A stretch of DNA of 64,000 bases from Candidatus Micrarchaeota archaeon (GTDB taxonomy: Archaea > Micrarchaeota > Micrarchaeia > Anstonellales > Bilamarchaeaceae): contig CAZPPT010000002.1 of NCBI GenBank assembly GCA_964588555.1, positions 101,979-165,978 of the forward strand. Reading direction: 5' to 3'. Position numbers and translations under genes: made by a program. Shown here in pieces: positions 38,901 through 47,717 of this stretch. Within the stretch, counting starts at the first letter, position 1, and each line of letters opens with the position of its first letter. Below the pieces are notes generated by a model. That model did no database searches. It was given only the letters and a program-made list of their open reading frames with translations, and was not told the origin of the DNA.

Positions 38901-39482
38901 GCGCCTATTTGACTGGCTACCCCAAACAACTGAGTCATACTCTACTGGTTGAGGTGCAAGCGAGCCCTCCTGCCCGTAACAGGACTCTGAAGCAGTGCAG
39001 AGGTCTTCATCAATAAACGTATTGTATGCATTGGTACTCCATAACACAGGCTGATTCTGGTTTATGGACGAATATGTCGGGATATACGTACATGCCTGAT
39101 TAAGCGTGTAACCCGGAGGCTCTGGAATGCGGTTGCCTGCAAAACCGTTTCTTACAGCCCAATAGGATAGGATATTATCCTGAACCGTTATAACCCCCGG
39201 ACAAATAACTGCCCCATCCGACAGGCTGCTGCCGCTCGTACCGCCGGAAATCACATTGGATGAAGTAGAAACGGTGCTTGAATAGATGTGGTCAAAATTA
39301 GTCTCAACGTTACTATATGACGCAGAGGGAACGGTATTAATACGATATAAGCGCACGTTGTCTGCAGGCGTTGTAGCGGTTATGGAAAATCCGCTTGCTA
39401 AAAGTACGAAAAATACAATGCCCACCAATACTACGTTAAAATGTCTTGCCACTAAAATCCACCTGGAGGATACCTCCAACAA
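35931..39482 (-). CDS. giant secreted/cell-surface protein with ~8 tandem ~95-aa Ig-like domains, each carrying 4 conserved Cys
   Basis: N-terminal anchor VVLVGIVFFVLLASGF. Repeating unit C.I.P....V.....Q.F...C.D..G....C....W.L..G..GS......A.L.......SG.GTL.A......C.A.I.L. Composition is T/S/Q/N/G-rich with a PPPPPP linker near the C-terminus. Confidence 0.55.
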   Translation of the reverse strand: MLEVSSRWILVARHFNVVLVGIVFFVLLASGFSITATTPADNVRLYRINTVPSASYSNVETNFDHIYSSTVSTSSNVISGGTSGSSLSDGAVICPGVITVQDNILSYWAVRNGFAGNRIPEPPGYTLNQACTYIPTYSSINQNQPVLWSTNAYNTFIDEDLCTASESCYGQEGSLAPQPVEYDSVVWGSQSNRRGDVNFICTGEDSITVRRGTTTVANRQRQTTSGTVFSHGGILLTQEGTYTIDSQFDVEGCLGIIRYPQCANYNHERIYGRTAATGDANAPEYSLALPTLQTTIHVQDIQPALSVNSVTPQAGSTIQLAPGQSQRIVINVRNTGDVTVQATGVSVNAPLQVTPCPFLNGFNQNIIRFGFEDLCVILTNPATGGVPSGQTSLADITFSYRAQGPTCSSFQPDVRNFIVTYNVRGDVTPQQESCFITPASTAMRQNEIRSFPITCVDGNNNPLPSCQNVQWSATGAQSTIASQDNQQATLQMLASSGTTILNATVDGRYSCHSTITARPAPVQPAAFCSITPNPQNVQPNQAQQFDIRCRDQVGTPTQCNNEQWQLTGLRGSVTPNDQANLAFVTVTSTSGSGTLSATVDNAACSAGLFIPGPGQPTVTSCQLIPSAVNARVTDPPTRFDIQCSDATNASIPCLGVTWSINGVMGNFVSRDNTHARVQLTSPSGTGSVNARVGEGNIQCSAAVTMVSQQAVACTLSPSSATVTQNGIQTFGVSCTSQSGATVPCSQVNWALSAGLSGSFLQRSDTGAQVQISSPPGSVGDVVASGNGFSCTASVAVGARGIPFCTVNPSPAIISETQSQVFSLQCFDPAGAPQQCPPNTQWRLSTGLPASITIQSATSATVLAQGPAGTGTLDAITSRQGLTCSAQITLQPLPAQATSCVINPSQAAVPQNSVQFFGLTCRDAANLVVPCPAQLTWSVSGITANFFQRNSLGAQLQPTSAPGSSGTLTARANSFSCTSAITVQAPPAAPSCAINPATATIGQGQTASFALECFGTGGVPQPCFGMTQWKLSQGIPAVIASSTDTSTSVVAQASTGSGTLTATTSQGLICNAQITLGNGRPPPPPPGQDSDDCTFIPSVAEVRTGGSIRLGLRCPNELNEVCNNPVFTVDPSVGSFVSSGDEFIVIDASTTSGQGTVSANIDSDPQADCSVQVTVSDQICQDFI

Positions 39483-41100
39483 ACAGTTTATTTAACTCAG
39501 GTAAAGCGCCAAGCGTTGCAGCGCTTTGTTTTGTAATATCAAATCCCAGTGTGAGTCCCCCGTTATATGTATAAACAAGACCGCCGCCGATAAGCTCGTC
39601 GCCTATAATAAATCGCCCGCCAAACGTATGGGCTGATCCTTGGAGTTTTGCACCCACTGAAAGGGTTTTGTCAGCAACGGGGAGTGCCCGCCCGCCGCTT
39701 AGGACAAGTGACCAGTCAATGACGGGCATTACCGCAAAATCACCAAGCCTAAAAAGGGAAGCCGCAAGTGCGCCCTTGTGGCGCCACATGTCAGGAGCAT
39801 TTCCTCTAAAGTAGTTTTCTGATTCTATGGAAAGCGCGGAATAAACCGGAAAGCGGCCAAATGGAACCACCTTGCCGCTTACATCCGTAAATGAAACCTT
39901 AAGTCCAAGGCCAAATGGCGGATAATCAGGTAAGCCGATATTTCCAATAAGGGTTGTGTCAAATGAAAGTTCCGTGCCTTTTGAGCCAAAGAGTTCAATT
40001 GCGGCACGGATGCCGCCGCGCAGGACAATGTCCGAATTGGTATTGCCAGTTGGCTCGATCGAAATGGAGCGTCTTTTTTCATCATACATGCCGCCCCACT
40101 CCTCATTTACCAATATGTCAAGTGCCGCAATACCTGAAAGGTACAGTGAGCCATTCTTAAATGGCCGAAGACGGGGACTTTCACCGCCAAGCGCGATGGC
40201 AAATATGGGAGTTTCAAACCGGATCTCACGAACAAGGTCCGGCAGGTTTTCAATTAAGGCGCTTTTTTCTGTTGCCTCTGAGATCCTGCCGTCACGGTAC
40301 AACTGAAGTATTTCATCGCCTGACACTTGGTCATTTCCTAAAAAGTCATTGGGATCCCCTGGGATTCGTTTGAAAAGGTCTGCAATCTTTTTGCCCTGTT
40401 CCTTTGCCTCCTTGCTGCCTGGCGAATAAATTGCCTCAACCCGTATGCCTTCGGCAAGTGATGTCGAAAATGAGGGGTGATCCGCTGCAGGAATGCGCGT
40501 CCTCCAGTCTGGCGTCAGCTGGACCTCCGGAACACCGACGTTAATGGTCCTTCTGATAGATAAGCCTTCAGGAAAGAAGGTAAGTGACGGGCGTGGGACT
40601 TCGTCTTCAAGACGCACCGGGACCGAGACTGTGCGTACTGATCTTGCGCCTGCGTCGCGCACTTGTGTTGCGCTTCCGGTAAGGATGCCTGCAACAACAA
40701 GCTGGGCACGCTGGGTCGAAGTAAGAGGTAACCCAAGAAGCCCCCGTTGTGAATCAAAAAAGAGGTTATTGAAGAGGCGCATTTGTTCTGGAGACATTGC
40801 ATCGCGCTCCTGTTTCCAGGTAGTCCATATTGCAACCATTCGGTCAAGGTCTGGCATGCTGACAGATTTTGCCTCTTTTGAACGGACAATGATTTCTGCA
40901 GCGCTGCGCATGTCCTGGAGGAATTGCGGTTCGTCAAAAGATTTTGTTTTCACGGCAGCCATGGGTTCACCAGCCGGCACCTCCTGTGCCTTTGAGATAA
41001 GCGGGGTTGTGATGGAAAGAATGCATGCAAGGGTGCTTGCTGTAATACGGGGAACCTTGCGACGAGTAGTGCGATGAAATTTCAGAACCATATCCATCAT
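39436..41100 (-). CDS. secreted beta-rich protein with C-terminal Phe (porin/OMP-like features)
   Basis: Signal-like N-terminus ITASTLACILSITTPLISKAQE. The C-terminal half has alternating hydrophobic dyads (LVYTYNGGLTLGFDI, FVGGILQVDFSGKTF) and a terminal F. Confidence 0.45.
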   Translation of the reverse strand: MMDMVLKFHRTTRRKVPRITASTLACILSITTPLISKAQEVPAGEPMAAVKTKSFDEPQFLQDMRSAAEIIVRSKEAKSVSMPDLDRMVAIWTTWKQERDAMSPEQMRLFNNLFFDSQRGLLGLPLTSTQRAQLVVAGILTGSATQVRDAGARSVRTVSVPVRLEDEVPRPSLTFFPEGLSIRRTINVGVPEVQLTPDWRTRIPAADHPSFSTSLAEGIRVEAIYSPGSKEAKEQGKKIADLFKRIPGDPNDFLGNDQVSGDEILQLYRDGRISEATEKSALIENLPDLVREIRFETPIFAIALGGESPRLRPFKNGSLYLSGIAALDILVNEEWGGMYDEKRRSISIEPTGNTNSDIVLRGGIRAAIELFGSKGTELSFDTTLIGNIGLPDYPPFGLGLKVSFTDVSGKVVPFGRFPVYSALSIESENYFRGNAPDMWRHKGALAASLFRLGDFAVMPVIDWSLVLSGGRALPVADKTLSVGAKLQGSAHTFGGRFIIGDELIGGGLVYTYNGGLTLGFDITKQSAATLGALPELNKLFVGGILQVDFSGKTF

Positions 41101-41143
41101 TTATCATATTTATACCCTTTAAATATTTAATCATATGTTACGG

Positions 41144-44100
41144 TCATTTGTTGGAAACGCGTGCAGGTGCGTTATATGAAACAATAACTGCACCATAGGT
41201 TTCACCAATGCGCGCACGGACTGACGGTGCTGCTGCAACGGATAGTGTAACTTCCTTCTCGCGAGGGTCGTCAGGCACTACTGTTGCGCCCTTGACGGTA
41301 CCAAATACATATTGTTCGTATTCAGGCCGTGTAATCGTAAGGCTTAGTGTTGCACCGCTGCTGCTTAAAAGTGGCGTGTATTCAAACGTACCGATTGCGG
41401 TCGGGCGTAATTTACGTGCTTCACCTTCCTCTGCGTCTACGAGGCGGTTGCGGTCAAGATAGATAAGTATTGAGCCAGTATCATCAAGGCGTGCAACTGA
41501 CCGTATGTTTTCATTTCCAGGTCCCGCATACGTTTGAGGTAAAAGAAGATAATGCCGCGCATCTTCCCCCTCACCGGTTTTCTTGAATAAGGCATATGTT
41601 ATCGTGGTTGAAGGGTCTGCAAGCACGCTTGTAAGCGGTGCTGCCTTTGTGGCAGTTACGACAAACTCGGCCTCAATCCTGCTGCCCGGGCTTGCGGAGA
41701 CGGACTTGGCAGTAACGGGAAATGTAAGTTCTGCTTCCAGGTATTCCACATCCTGGGTTGCAAGCGCACGGAGAAGGTCTTTTGCACCGGAGGAGATTTC
41801 CTCAGGCGCCGCAGTATGTGTAGCAGTACGTACCGGCGGAGTCGCAGCAGGTGGCGCAAACTTTGCCCGGTTCTTTGGATTAAGTGCATAAAGGGCGATA
41901 TTTTCTGCCGATCGATAGTTGCCTTCATTATATTTTTCACGCGCGCCGGAAAGTGAACTTTTAAACCTGCTGGTATCTCCTTTTTGTTCATCAATAAGGG
42001 CTTCAAGCCGTATGATTGCATTATACGCATGCGCGCGGGCACTTAGTTCACGAAGGGAATCGACTGTACCCTTTGGTATTCTAGCCCCGGAATTTGCGAT
42101 TTGGGATAATAATCTTGCACGTGTGCCCTCCAGTTCACCATATTCCTTTCTACGAGGGTGAGTTGTACCAACTTTAGTAATGGTTTTCTGAAGGGCTACA
42201 AGCGCATTTGCCGCAGCAACGCTTGAGGTGGCTACTTCCGTAGAAAGCTCGCCAGTTATTGCTTCGTCGACAGGCAATTCCAATTCTTTAATGCGTCCAA
42301 GCACAGCCTCGCGGTGCTTCGCAGTAAAGTCACCACCACGCGAACGTTCCGAATCCTGAAGATACCTGTCCTTTATTAAAAGCTCTTCCAAACGGGCAAA
42401 TGCAGCTTGATAACTCGATTCAGTTTTATCCGAAGTAACCGGAACCTTTGCAAGCGGCCTGCCCTTATCGTCAACGAGATAATTAAGGTCGATAAGTGCA
42501 TTGATAACATTTTTTGCAGCCTCAACATTATTTTGTGCAAGGGTGCGCTTGCCGCCTGGGTCCGTAGAAATGGAGATTGAATCTTCAGTATTCTCAATTT
42601 CTGCAATAAGGGTTTTGATCTGATCCTGTATTTCCTGATTAGGCACCATAGTACTTGTCACGGCAGGACGTGCGACCTGTGTTGCCGTTTGTATTTCATT
42701 ATTAACGCGTGCAAGCTGTGCAGCGTACGTTTGTTTTTCTTTTGAAGACAACGGTTCAAATGCAGTAAGCCGTTCAAGAAGTTCACGCGAAGTATTGAGA
42801 AGCGCACGTGCCTCGTCAGGCTTTTTCCTGGCCAGTTTCTTCCCTTTTTCATACAGGTCTTTTGCGATTTTAAATACCGAAGCGTGATCACCAACTGAAA
42901 GGAACGCAGTGGCAGCTTCGCCGTACTTGCCTTGATCTGCAAGGGCTTTTGCCTGCAGTACCGTGTCTTCCTGTTGTTGTTTCTCCTGCGCAAGCGCTAC
43001 CTCATTTTGAAGAAGCGGAAGGATTACGTCCTTATCTCGTATGACGTTTTCATATCGCTGGGCCGCAGTTAGCCACCTGTACTGTGCAAGATTGCGACGA
43101 GCTTGCACCAACTCGTCTTCATAAGAATCAAGCACTTTTTTTAATGACTGTCTTCGTTTGGTGCCTCTTGCTTCTACCAATATCTCATTAAGCCGTTTAT
43201 TTCCGATAAGTTTTGCGGCTTTTTGCATTTCCGCATATACGGGCATCGTTCTTGCATGTGCATCAAGTGCCTGAAATGCCTCATCGACTTCTTTTTTAAA
43301 CTGAGTTATGATTTTCGCAGGGCTTTGTGCATTAAGTTTTTCAAATCGCCCCTCAAAATAATCAATCGCTGATTCAACCACTTTCGGATCGTATCCTTCC
43401 TTACCCTTAAGTTGGCGTATTTTTTCGATCTGAAGCCTGGCGGTTTGAAGCAACTCGGCATTTCCGCGCGAAGGCATCGGTATAATTATTTCTTCAGCCA
43501 CTACTTGCGGTGTGCCGGTTGAAGTCCGCGTACCCAATGGCCCGAGAGCCGGCTTTGGTATCTGCGCAAGACGCTCTGCTTCCTGTGCGAGGCGAACTGC
43601 ATCTGAAAAATCCGTACCCCGTGCACGAAGCGTTTTTTCATATGCTTTCCTCGCCGCATCGAGCTTCTTTTGGGCAGCTCTTTTCTTCCCTTTATCCTTC
43701 AATGCCTGTATGGAAGATTCCGCTTGCGCAAATAATTGATTAAAACTCTTTGCTGCGTCTTCTGAAACGCGGAGAAGATCAGCATCAGTTTGTTTTTCAA
43801 TGAGTGAATCAAGCCGCCGTTTATTCCGTGAATCACCAAGTACCGCGTAAATATCCCGTGCAACCCGCATATTTTTGTTTTTTTCTGCATCAGATGCAAG
43901 AGAGCGCGCAATATGGTCTGCCCCAAGACTATGAAATATCTTCGCACTTTCAGTAATCCTACCAGCTGTAAGGTGTCCATTTGCTTTTGATAGCTCGCCT
44001 GCCACGTCATTTACGCATGCAAGCGTAGCAGTGTCAAAAAACCCCGCATTTCCCCGTTCATAAGAAGAAGCAACGGTCACATCTTCTAAGTATTTTTGCA

Positions 44101-44458
44101 TTGAGGAAATAGCCGCGCGCGTCGCCTTGTCAAGCACGCCATCTGTGCTAATGGGTCTGCCTTTGATAAACCCATTGGTAACAAAGGAATTGTATAATTG
44201 CTGAACAAGTTTTACGTTTTCACTCGGGGAATTATCCCATGTACCAATAACAACGGGGTGCGTACTAGAAACAACCTGCGCGTTATTTAACTGCTTGATA
44301 CTGTCAATAATTGACTGGGGATCCACACTTGCCTGCGCCGGAACAAGGAGCGCCAACCGCTGAGCCTGACTGATCATCATCGTATTTGGCATTGCATTTA
44401 CCCCGCCATACGGCCAGAATGCGATAACCGCCCCTGCAATTCGTGCGAGCAGTGGCAT
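41144..44458 (-). CDS. large secreted protein: peptidoglycan-binding-like domain, then ~900 aa coiled-coil/helical-repeat region
   Basis: N-terminal hydrophobic segment. LVQQLYNSFVTNGF...STDGVLDKATRAAISSMQKYL...GFFDTATL resembles a PG_binding_1 motif. The rest is K/E/A/L-rich helical sequence. Confidence 0.45.
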   Translation of the reverse strand: MPLLARIAGAVIAFWPYGGVNAMPNTMMISQAQRLALLVPAQASVDPQSIIDSIKQLNNAQVVSSTHPVVIGTWDNSPSENVKLVQQLYNSFVTNGFIKGRPISTDGVLDKATRAAISSMQKYLEDVTVASSYERGNAGFFDTATLACVNDVAGELSKANGHLTAGRITESAKIFHSLGADHIARSLASDAEKNKNMRVARDIYAVLGDSRNKRRLDSLIEKQTDADLLRVSEDAAKSFNQLFAQAESSIQALKDKGKKRAAQKKLDAARKAYEKTLRARGTDFSDAVRLAQEAERLAQIPKPALGPLGTRTSTGTPQVVAEEIIIPMPSRGNAELLQTARLQIEKIRQLKGKEGYDPKVVESAIDYFEGRFEKLNAQSPAKIITQFKKEVDEAFQALDAHARTMPVYAEMQKAAKLIGNKRLNEILVEARGTKRRQSLKKVLDSYEDELVQARRNLAQYRWLTAAQRYENVIRDKDVILPLLQNEVALAQEKQQQEDTVLQAKALADQGKYGEAATAFLSVGDHASVFKIAKDLYEKGKKLARKKPDEARALLNTSRELLERLTAFEPLSSKEKQTYAAQLARVNNEIQTATQVARPAVTSTMVPNQEIQDQIKTLIAEIENTEDSISISTDPGGKRTLAQNNVEAAKNVINALIDLNYLVDDKGRPLAKVPVTSDKTESSYQAAFARLEELLIKDRYLQDSERSRGGDFTAKHREAVLGRIKELELPVDEAITGELSTEVATSSVAAANALVALQKTITKVGTTHPRRKEYGELEGTRARLLSQIANSGARIPKGTVDSLRELSARAHAYNAIIRLEALIDEQKGDTSRFKSSLSGAREKYNEGNYRSAENIALYALNPKNRAKFAPPAATPPVRTATHTAAPEEISSGAKDLLRALATQDVEYLEAELTFPVTAKSVSASPGSRIEAEFVVTATKAAPLTSVLADPSTTITYALFKKTGEGEDARHYLLLPQTYAGPGNENIRSVARLDDTGSILIYLDRNRLVDAEEGEARKLRPTAIGTFEYTPLLSSSGATLSLTITRPEYEQYVFGTVKGATVVPDDPREKEVTLSVAAAPSVRARIGETYGAVIVSYNAPARVSNK

Positions 44459-44627
44459 CTGGCCACGGAAAAATTTACCGGTCTATGGGCATGCCTTGTC
44501 TTTTTTTCTGTGGTCACTGTTGCCATATTTACACCATAGAATAGTATATCACGAATAGTATTTAAATGAAACAGCCCCGACGTGGCATACATGTACTAAG
44601 AACACCGTATTCATTTATTAACCTAAC

Positions 44628-44939
44628 TTGGGAAAAACGTACATGTACATGAAAATACATGAGAACCACGCAGGCAAGGTTGTAGCAGTCTGCGAGAAAA
44701 CCCTTATTGGCACAAAAATCCAAGAAGGGGACATGGTTCTTGACCTCAAGGCATACAAGGAATTCTATTGTGGCGACCTCGTGGATGAAACGCACGTAAG
44801 AAAGGCGCTCCAGTCATTCACCTCTGCCAACCTCGTAGGGAAAAATGCAGTTGCAATCGCCATTTCATTAAACCTTATAAAAGAAAGCGAAGTCCTCCGC
44901 ATAGACGGGATCCCACACGTACAGATCTATCGCATATGA
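44628..44939 (+). CDS. DUF424-like small archaeal protein
   Basis: MYMKIHENHAGKVVAVCEKTLIGTK. True start probably the Met at 44643. Confidence 0.45.
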   Translation: MGKTYMYMKIHENHAGKVVAVCEKTLIGTKIQEGDMVLDLKAYKEFYCGDLVDETHVRKALQSFTSANLVGKNAVAIAISLNLIKESEVLRIDGIPHVQIYRI

Positions 44940-44948
44940 GGTGGAACT

Positions 44949-45356
44949 ATGAAAACAATAACAATCGTTGCAGAAGACCGTGTTGGGCTCCTTGCAGACA
45001 TATCGTATCTTCTTGGTAAGGCAAAAATCAACATCGAATCAATCAGCGTTGATGTGGTTGCAGGCAAGGCGATCATCAGCATGATCATTAAGGATTATGA
45101 AAAGGCAAAGGAAATGCTTGCAAATGCAGGTTTTACCGTCAGTGAGATGAACTCGCTTATCATTAAGCTAGTCGACCAGCCGGGTGAACTCAATAAGATT
45201 ACAAGCATGCTTGCAAAGGAAGGCGTCAAGATAGAGAATGTCCACATCGTCTCAAAGGAAAACGGGTATACGGTGCTCTCGGTTGCGGTTGATAAGATAA
45301 AAAAAGCGGCAAAACTCCTTGACCAGTATCTTTTGAACAAGGAAACATACCAATAA
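44949..45356 (+). CDS. ACT-domain pair protein
   Basis: ITIVAEDRVGLLADISYLLG and LIIKLVDQPGELNKITSMLA. Confidence 0.5.
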   Translation: MKTITIVAEDRVGLLADISYLLGKAKINIESISVDVVAGKAIISMIIKDYEKAKEMLANAGFTVSEMNSLIIKLVDQPGELNKITSMLAKEGVKIENVHIVSKENGYTVLSVAVDKIKKAAKLLDQYLLNKETYQ

Positions 45357-46358
45357 CTAGATGTCAACTTCAATTTCTTTTTCCTTCTTGCGCACTTTTA
45401 GATGCGGAAATTTATTTTCAATATTCCCGATCGGGAGCCCGCGGACTGACCCAAGGAGCGATTCGATCTTTTCGTATTGTTCATAGATATAATCGCCCGT
45501 TTGTTTATGGAGAAGCTCCTCACCTTTTAGCAATAAGAGTCTTTTTTCCTGCTCCTCAAGCCTCTTTTTTAGCTTTTCAAGCTTTTCGTTTCTTACTTCC
45601 TTATTATGGAAATAGTATTCGTCAAGTGCTTCATTTAGTGTTGGAAATTCTTTTGCGTTCGGGTCAGTTTTCACAAGCGAAACGGCGTTCACCACATCCT
45701 GCGCATAGCTCGCGTAGGGACGTGCATTTTTTAAGATAGTTTCATATCCCGCCTCAAGTGCAACAATCTCCTTTTCCGTAAGCTCGCGTACTCCTTTTTT
45801 TTCATCAATAGTTAGTCGGCGCAATAGCTCAAGCACATATTCCTTCCCGAGGGGCAGCTGAAGGAGGGCAACAACCACATATTTAGCTGGCGCGCTTGCA
45901 AGCGCATCACGTACGCTTGTCTTGACATTTGATTTTGGAAATGAATATGGCTTATTGCGTGCAATAACGCGGTCGCTCCATTCCTCCTGCTTAAGCGCAG
46001 CAGTCGTTTTTCCATTTTCAACAAGGATGACGTTTCCCTTTGCAAACATTTCGCAGACCAGCTGCATTTCACCAAAATCAAAGACCACGATGCGGTCGTT
46101 GTTATGGAGATACAGGGCGCGGAGGCGTGCATTTCTTATATATTGGCGAAGTGTTGTTACAAACGATGACGGTTCTTCATCTTTTTCAATATATTTTGTC
46201 GTGTGAGCCCGTATGCCTGGCTCAATTATGATGTCCTTGCCGCCAATTTTTAGGCGGACAAGGTTTCCAATTGAATAGATATTCTCAAGATGAGTGCCGA
46301 TAAGCGATTGTAATTCCTGTACAACTACGGAATATTCAAGGTTTGACATGGGCCGCAT
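45357..46358 (-). CDS. NFACT-N (Rqc2/FbpA N-terminal)-like protein
   Basis: YSVVVQELQSLIGTHLENIYSIGNLVRLKIGGKDIIIEPGIRAHTTKY resembles the NFACT-N start. It is shorter than full-length homologues. Confidence 0.35.
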   Translation of the reverse strand: MRPMSNLEYSVVVQELQSLIGTHLENIYSIGNLVRLKIGGKDIIIEPGIRAHTTKYIEKDEEPSSFVTTLRQYIRNARLRALYLHNNDRIVVFDFGEMQLVCEMFAKGNVILVENGKTTAALKQEEWSDRVIARNKPYSFPKSNVKTSVRDALASAPAKYVVVALLQLPLGKEYVLELLRRLTIDEKKGVRELTEKEIVALEAGYETILKNARPYASYAQDVVNAVSLVKTDPNAKEFPTLNEALDEYYFHNKEVRNEKLEKLKKRLEEQEKRLLLLKGEELLHKQTGDYIYEQYEKIESLLGSVRGLPIGNIENKFPHLKVRKKEKEIEVDI

Positions 46359-46750
46359 ATAAGTACATAGGACAAAAAGAAATAAGAGATTACCTGCCAG
46401 CGTCTAAAATAATAGACAAACGTATATTTTTTTGAGCACGTATCCGAATAACGAGGAAGTAACGTATTCCAGAATTTCTGGACTTTCTTCTGTCATTAGG
46501 GGCTTCTCTTATGATAAACCCGGGAGACGTCGTCCTCTGCGCGTCACCAGCTCCGTCGGTCTTTACGGCCTTCTCCAAAGGTCAAAATTTCCTGCTTGGT
46601 TTCCTATAAGAACTGCCTAGAAGCGCCTTGCCGCACTTATTGATACAAAAACAGGCTCCGAGTACTTTGTCAAGAACAAAGTATGAAAATAGACTTCAAG
46701 GCCGATAACTGCCATCATATATAAATATCTTTTTTGGCATTAGGAAACCC

Positions 46751-47707
46751 ATGGACGTCTACGCGACACTGGAATCAAGCCTCGGCAAGGACCGTATAGA
46801 GGAGGAGATAGGCAAAAAGCTTGCTGATTTCCATGGCCTCCTCACGCGTGATGTTGCACTCAAGCTTATTGCGAAGGAACACGGCATTATAAAGGAGGAA
46901 TCGGTGCAGATCAGTGAGATACGGCCGGGCATGAAACGCGTCACGCTCAAGGGGACGATCAGGCAAATCCATAAGATAGTTGAGTACAGCTTTGGAAAAA
47001 AATGCAGGAGCATGACAATTGCAGACCGGACAGGAACGACTACGCTGACTGTATGGAACGACGATGTGGAGCTTTTTTCAAGGCTTAAGGTCGGGGACGA
47101 AATAGAGGTAAAAAACGCATATGAACGCCTCGGCAGCCTCAATCTTGGGTACAACGGATCGGTAGGGGTGGTAAAGGCTGCGCCCTATAACGAATGCAAC
47201 CAACTGCCTGAAAACCAGCCGGTGAATGTCCGTGCATTCATCAGCCACATCCAAGGCACGCGAGAATACGAAAAAAATGGGATAAAAAAACAATATTACA
47301 TATTCACTGTTTCGGATGGGCGGGCTGAAGTGCGTTGCGTCGTATGGGACGGGCTTGAGCGGACGGGGAGGCTCGCCGTTGGGGACGAAGTCATAGTCCA
47401 GAACGCGATGGCTCGGAAAGGCGAGCTCCATATTAACACACATACACGCCTCCTTGCGCGAAAGCTTGCAAACCTCATAAGCGGCACGGTAACTAACATG
47501 CACGTACAGGCGAATAAGCTCCTCATCACAATTGGGGGGCGGGAGCTTGCATTCAATAGGGAACATGCACTTAAATTTTTTGGGGTCAAGATTGGTGACG
47601 ACATAACGCTTGAGACACTTGTCCAGCTTAAAAAGGAAAGCCTCCTTAATACTACAACGCATGTGCGTTGCAAGGAGGAAAACGGGGAATGGAAAATTAT
47701 TGATTGA
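46751..47707 (+). CDS. OB-fold (RPA-like) single-stranded nucleic-acid-binding protein with two OB repeats
   Basis: KRVTLKGTIRQI...TIADRTGTTTLTVWND...VGDEIEV and AEVRCVVWDG...VGDEVIVQNA fit the RPA DBD pattern. Confidence 0.4.
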   Translation: MDVYATLESSLGKDRIEEEIGKKLADFHGLLTRDVALKLIAKEHGIIKEESVQISEIRPGMKRVTLKGTIRQIHKIVEYSFGKKCRSMTIADRTGTTTLTVWNDDVELFSRLKVGDEIEVKNAYERLGSLNLGYNGSVGVVKAAPYNECNQLPENQPVNVRAFISHIQGTREYEKNGIKKQYYIFTVSDGRAEVRCVVWDGLERTGRLAVGDEVIVQNAMARKGELHINTHTRLLARKLANLISGTVTNMHVQANKLLITIGGRELAFNREHALKFFGVKIGDDITLETLVQLKKESLLNTTTHVRCKEENGEWKIID

Positions 47708-47717
47708 TGGTGGTTGC

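Noticed and set aside
41583-42161. Ala/Ser-rich plus-strand ORFs
   Set aside because: They are antisense to the 1104-aa coiled-coil gene.
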